This document shows, in pieces, positions 22,092-26,246 of a DNA stretch of 26,246 bases. A program made the position numbers and the translations under genes. The notes below the pieces were generated by a model. The model did no database searches, was not told the DNA's origin, and saw only the letters and a list, made by a program, of their open reading frames with translations. Origin of the DNA: Chthoniobacteraceae bacterium (lineage in GTDB: Bacteria > Verrucomicrobiota > Verrucomicrobiia > Chthoniobacterales > Chthoniobacteraceae); NCBI GenBank assembly GCA_031409655.1, contig JANNXQ010000109.1:1-26246 (forward strand). Reading direction: 5' to 3'. The number at the start of each line of letters is the position of its first letter. The first letter of the stretch is position 1.

Positions 22092-23420
22092 ATGACCACC
22101 ACCGAAACCAAACCCATCATCTGCGGCACCGACTTTTCCGAAAGCGCGGCGCAAGCTGCCACCGTCGCGGACGCTCTTGCACGGCACCTGCGCGCGCCGC
22201 TCCTGCTCGTCCACAGCACGGATGAACGCGGAGACTTCCCCGACCATTTGCGGACGCGCCTGATGAACGATGATCGCCCGCGGATGGCGAAAGAAGCGGC
22301 GCATCTGCGCAGCCTCGGCCTGACTTTCGAGGACGAATTGCTCCGGGGCGCGCCGGACGAGGGCGTCGCAAACTTTGCCGCGCAGAAACGCGCGCGTCTC
22401 GTGGTCGTGGGCGCTTCGGGCACGGGTTCGTTGTGGGCTTCGCGCTGGTTGCTGGGCAATGTGGCGGAGCGCATTGCCGAAACATCGTCGGTGCCGACGC
22501 TGGTGGTGCGCGCGCCGGAGCCTCTCCTCGCTTGGGCGCGCGGGGAGCGTCCGGTGAAAATGTTCGTCGCTGTGGATTTCACCGCGACCTCGGAGGCGGC
22601 CTTGCGCTGGGTGGCGGAATGGCAGCAAGCCGGACCGTGCGAGATCACGCTCGGCCACGTGCATGAACTTCCAGAGGAACGCGGCGAGACGGCGATGTTC
22701 GGCGGGCTCGGCTTGACCCGGCTCACGTCGCCAGCGCGTGAGGGGCTGGAAAACGATCTGCGGGAGAAGGCCAGCCGGCTGGGCGTGACGGCCACGATCC
22801 GCGTGGAGCCGCGCACGGCGCGGGTGGACGCGCACTTGATTCTCATGGCGACGGAAGCCGGGGCGGACGTCCTCGTGCTCGGCGCGCATCAATGGCAGAA
22901 CCTGGAGCGCGTGTGGCACGCGTCGATCTCCCGGCGCTGCCTGCACGATGCGCCGATGAGCCTCGTCTGCGTGCCGGTGCCGCTCGCACCGCAGGGCGCG
23001 GCGGCGGCCATCCCGACGTTCAGCCGCGTGCTGGTCGCGACGGATTTTTCCGAGCCAGCCAGCCACGCGATTCCTTACGCCTATGCGGCTTTGGCGCGAG
23101 AGGGCGCGGTCTGTCTTCTCCACATCGCGAAGACGGGTGCAGCGGGTGAAAAGATCGAATTGGTGGCGCTCGAAGCGAAGCTGCGCGCGCTCATTCCCGC
23201 GGAGGCAGAAGCGCGCGGTGTGGTCACGGAAGTGCGAATTGTCGAAAGAAGCGATGCCGGAAAGACGATCTGCGAAGCGGCGGAACGCTTCTGCGCGGAC
23301 CTCGTGTGCATCGGCTCGCACGGCCACTCCGGGATGGCGGCGGCGCTGATGGGCTCGGTCGCCCAGGCGGTAACCGCCCACAGCCGCTGCCCGGTGCTGC
23401 TCGTCCGCCCGCCGCAGTAA
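22092..23420 (+). CDS. Universal stress protein (three USP domains)
   Basis: IICGTDFS, FVAVDFT, LVATDFS; LLGNVAERI; GSHGHSG..LMGSVAQAV..CPVLLVR. Confidence 0.93.
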   Translation: MTTTETKPIICGTDFSESAAQAATVADALARHLRAPLLLVHSTDERGDFPDHLRTRLMNDDRPRMAKEAAHLRSLGLTFEDELLRGAPDEGVANFAAQKRARLVVVGASGTGSLWASRWLLGNVAERIAETSSVPTLVVRAPEPLLAWARGERPVKMFVAVDFTATSEAALRWVAEWQQAGPCEITLGHVHELPEERGETAMFGGLGLTRLTSPAREGLENDLREKASRLGVTATIRVEPRTARVDAHLILMATEAGADVLVLGAHQWQNLERVWHASISRRCLHDAPMSLVCVPVPLAPQGAAAAIPTFSRVLVATDFSEPASHAIPYAYAALAREGAVCLLHIAKTGAAGEKIELVALEAKLRALIPAEAEARGVVTEVRIVERSDAGKTICEAAERFCADLVCIGSHGHSGMAAALMGSVAQAVTAHSRCPVLLVRPPQ

Positions 23421-23438
23421 ACGCCACGCTCCGCCATC

Positions 23439-24362
23439 ATGAAAACCATCCTGATCGCCTACGACGGCTCGGAGTGCTCCGAGGCCATCATCGCCGAACT
23501 CGCGCGCGCCGGCCTGCCCGCACGACTGGAGGCGCATGTCGTGTCGGTCGCGGAAGTCTGGACAGGTCCCGCCGCCAATTTCTCCGGATGGGCAGCCTCA
23601 CCCGAGATGCTGCCTGCGCTGATGGCTGCCAAGGCCGAGACGGCGCAGGGGATGCACGATGCCCGAGCCCTCGCCGAGCAGGGTGCCGCGCGCTTGCGGG
23701 CGGCCTTTCCAGAATGGCGGGTCGAAGCGTCGGGAGATGTGGGTTCAATTCCCCGCGCCATTCTGGAGCGGGTGCGGGAGCTTTCCGCGGATATCATCTT
23801 CATCGGCTCGCACAGCCGCTCTGCGGTCGGGCGCTTCTTCCTCGGCAGCGCGTCGCAGAAGGTGGCGACGGAGGCAAAATGCTCCGTGCGCATCTGCCGT
23901 CCGCGCGCGCCATCAGGAGTCGCGCCACGGCTGCTCGTGGCGGTGGATGGCTCGCTGTCGTCGCAGGCCGCGGTGGGCGCCGTGGCCGAGCGCGCTTGGC
24001 CGGAGGGCACGGTGGTGGCGGTGGTGAACGTCATCGAACCGCAGGTCCGGGCGGGAGTGGCCGAGTTTCCGCCGGATCTTGCCGCCGAAATCCTGCGCCA
24101 GCACGAGGCGAGGCTGGATTGGCTCGAAGCGGTGGGCACTGCCGCGCACCGGCAACTCAAAATCCCCGGCCTCGTCCCCGAGCGCCACACGCTCGACGGC
24201 GAACCAAAGCACACGCTGCTCGAATGGGCGGAACGCTGGAACGCGGACTGTCTTTTCATCGGCGCCTCCGGTCTGCACCACCCCGACACAGCAACGCTGG
24301 GCACGGTGGCCTCGGCCCTGGCCGTGCGCGCCCACTGCTCGGTGGAAATCGTGCGCCCATGA
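23439..24362 (+). CDS. Universal stress protein (two USP domains)
   Basis: ILIAYDGS, IGSHSRS..FFLGSASQKV..CSVRI, LLVAVDGS, LGTVASALA..HCSVEIVR. Confidence 0.93.
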   Translation: MKTILIAYDGSECSEAIIAELARAGLPARLEAHVVSVAEVWTGPAANFSGWAASPEMLPALMAAKAETAQGMHDARALAEQGAARLRAAFPEWRVEASGDVGSIPRAILERVRELSADIIFIGSHSRSAVGRFFLGSASQKVATEAKCSVRICRPRAPSGVAPRLLVAVDGSLSSQAAVGAVAERAWPEGTVVAVVNVIEPQVRAGVAEFPPDLAAEILRQHEARLDWLEAVGTAAHRQLKIPGLVPERHTLDGEPKHTLLEWAERWNADCLFIGASGLHHPDTATLGTVASALAVRAHCSVEIVRP

Positions 24363-24411
24363 CCATTCGCCAAACACCAAACAACTAACCCACCCACCCA
24401 CAATTCCTACC

Positions 24412-25467
24412 ATGCTCGCCACCGTCTTTCACGGCGTGAATGACATCCGCGTCGATTCCGTGCCGAAGCCATCCGCCGGTCCCGGCGAGGCGGTCTTGCG
24501 GATCACTGCCACCACGATCTGCGGCACCGATCTCCACATCGTGCGCGGCGAGTATCCGGTGAAGCCGGGGCTCATCATCGGCCACGAGCCGGTGGGCGTC
24601 ATCGAAGAACTCGGCGCGGGCGTCACGGGTTACAAGATCGGCGACCGCGTGCTCGTCGGAGCCGTCACGCCTTGCGGTCAATGCCGCGCCTGCCTCTCCG
24701 GCCAGCATTCGCAGTGCGGCCACGGCTTTGGCTGCCAGGCGATGGGTGGCTGGCGCTTTGGCAACACGATCGACGGAGCCCAGGCGGAGTATCTGCTGGT
24801 GCCCTATGCGCAGGCGAATCTGGCGAAGATTCCCGACGAGGTTACCGATGAGCAAGTGGTGTTGCTGGCCGACATCGCCTCGACCGGTTTCGGTGGCGCG
24901 GAGAGCGGCGGGATCAAGATCGGGGACACGGTGGTCGTCTTTGCGCAAGGCCCCATCGGGCTCTGCGCGACGGTGGGAGCCAAGCTGATGGGAGCCACGC
25001 TGATCATCGGCGTGGATGGCGACGAGCACCGGCTCAAGATGGCGCGCAAGATGGGTGCGGACATCACGCTCAACTACCGCGAGTGCAACGTCGTGGAGGA
25101 AGTGCTCAAGCTGACCGGCGGTGGAGTGGATGTGGCCATCGAAGCCCTTGGCACGCAGGAAACCTTTGAATCCTGCCTGCGCTGTCTGCGTCCCGGCGGC
25201 ACGCTGTCCAGCCTCGGCGTCTATTCCGGGAAGCTGCAGATTCCCTATGAAGCCTATGCGGCGGGCCTCGGCGATCATCGCATCGTCACCACGCTTTGCC
25301 CCGGTGGAAAGGAGCGCATGCGCCGCCTCATCAATGTGGTGCAATCGGGCCGCTTCGATCCCACGATGCTCGTGACGCACCGCTTCTCCCTCGCGGACAT
25401 CAAGCAAGGCTACGAGGTCTTCGGCAATCGGTCGGAAGGCGTCCTGAAAGTCCTGATCACCCCCTGA
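24412..25467 (+). CDS. Zinc-dependent alcohol dehydrogenase (MDR family)
   Basis: ATG at 24412; TICGTDLH, GHEPVG, structural Zn site CGQCRAC..C, AQGPIG nucleotide-binding loop. Confidence 0.95.
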   Translation: MLATVFHGVNDIRVDSVPKPSAGPGEAVLRITATTICGTDLHIVRGEYPVKPGLIIGHEPVGVIEELGAGVTGYKIGDRVLVGAVTPCGQCRACLSGQHSQCGHGFGCQAMGGWRFGNTIDGAQAEYLLVPYAQANLAKIPDEVTDEQVVLLADIASTGFGGAESGGIKIGDTVVVFAQGPIGLCATVGAKLMGATLIIGVDGDEHRLKMARKMGADITLNYRECNVVEEVLKLTGGGVDVAIEALGTQETFESCLRCLRPGGTLSSLGVYSGKLQIPYEAYAAGLGDHRIVTTLCPGGKERMRRLINVVQSGRFDPTMLVTHRFSLADIKQGYEVFGNRSEGVLKVLITP

Positions 25468-25515
25468 ACCACAACCCCACGACCCGGCACCACTTCCCGA
25501 AACCAAGAGAACACC

Positions 25516-26246
25516 ATGACCACCACCGACACCAAACCCATCATCTGCGGCACTGATTTTTCCGAGAACGCCAGGCGCGCCGCCAACGCCGCCGTCGCTC
25601 TGTCCAAACGGCTGGGCGCGCCGCTGCGGCTCGTTCATGCCTCGGCCATCCCGCATTCGCCGCTCACGGAAGAGCACCTGCGCGCCGAAGCCCAGCGCCT
25701 GCACAGCGCGGGCGCGGACCTGACCGCGGAGGTGATCGAAGGGGCCGCCGCCGAAATGCTCCGGCAAGCCGCGCAGCAACACGCGGCCCGCCTCATCGTC
25801 GTTTCTTCACTCGGATCGAGCGCGCCTGCACGCTGGCTGCTCGGCAGCGTGGCGCAGCGCACGGCGGAGTCTTCGGCGGTGCCGACGCTAGTGGTGCGCG
25901 AGGCCGCGCCCTTCGAGGCGTGGGCGCGTGGGGAGCGGGCGCTGAAGGTTTTTGTCGGCGCGGATTTCACCGCCAGCTCCGACGCGGCGCTGCGCTGGGT
26001 CGCGGAGTTGCGGCAGTTCGGGCCCATCGAGGTCGTCGCCGGTTTTGTGGACTGGCCACCGGAGGAAGCGGCCCGGCTGGGCGTTTCCGGTCCGCTGGGG
26101 TTGCGCGGGAATCTGCCCGCGATGCAAGGTGTGCTGGAGCGGGATCTTCACGAAAAAGTCACCCGCCTGCTCGGCGGTGAAAATGTGCGCGTCTCGGTGC
26201 GCGGCAACTGGGGCCGCGCGGATGCGCCGCTCGTGGAGATGGCCAT
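25516..26246 (+). CDS. Universal stress protein, paralog of 22092-23420 (partial, runs off the window)
   Basis: MTTTDTKPIICGTDFSEN..., WLLGSVAQRTAESSAVPTLVVR, VFVGADFT; frame open to the window end, so absent from the ORF track. Confidence 0.9.
   Translation, partial: MTTTDTKPIICGTDFSENARRAANAAVALSKRLGAPLRLVHASAIPHSPLTEEHLRAEAQRLHSAGADLTAEVIEGAAAEMLRQAAQQHAARLIVVSSLGSSAPARWLLGSVAQRTAESSAVPTLVVREAAPFEAWARGERALKVFVGADFTASSDAALRWVAELRQFGPIEVVAGFVDWPPEEAARLGVSGPLGLRGNLPAMQGVLERDLHEKVTRLLGGENVRVSVRGNWGRADAPLVEMA

Noticed and set aside
20514..23537. 1007-aa minus-strand ORF
   Set aside because: Shadow of the well-supported MFP and USP genes on the + strand; Arg-rich composition typical of non-coding frames.
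1..26246. CRISPR arrays, tRNA/rRNA genes, IS elements, integrase or att sites
   Set aside because: I saw no regularly spaced repeats, RNA-gene signatures, or transposase/recombinase motifs by eye; a covariance-model search was not run.

Overview
GC-rich bacterial DNA, probably Verrucomicrobiota (inferred from A/C-rich SD-less leaders and a Verrucomicrobia-style C-terminal 'FYRV' domain). There are two parts. (1) 1-6439 is a decayed lambda-like (non-contractile) prophage morphogenesis module: gpW-like gene, a portal pseudogene (three frameshifts, one nonsense), a ~22-codon stub of the S49 head protease running into a terminator (rest of protease and capsid missing), head-tail joining, tail terminator, tail tube, a tail assembly chaperone with an in-phase -1 slippery site, and a tail-completion-like gene, with no tape measure in the window. 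Three phage modules start with an identically spaced TTGACA-N13-start motif. Embedded in the relic is an intact gene for a signal-peptide-bearing, eCIS-type tail-sheath protein fused to a putative C-terminal sorting domain. (2) 6443-26246 is an intact metal/stress region: a BNR-repeat protein, a CnrYXH-like ECF signalling triad, a candidate CutF/CruR-like arrest-peptide ORF, a YHS/TRASH protein, cusBA plus an outer-membrane factor, an unannotated 37-aa His/Cys lipoprotein, a PocR-AraC regulator, an Nramp-like transporter, three small secreted Cys-rich 'AGPG' proteins, an orphan ATP-synthase-epsilon-like domain, a second CusB-like adaptor, three universal stress proteins and a Zn alcohol dehydrogenase. 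All family assignments come from motif recognition by eye; no database searches were run.
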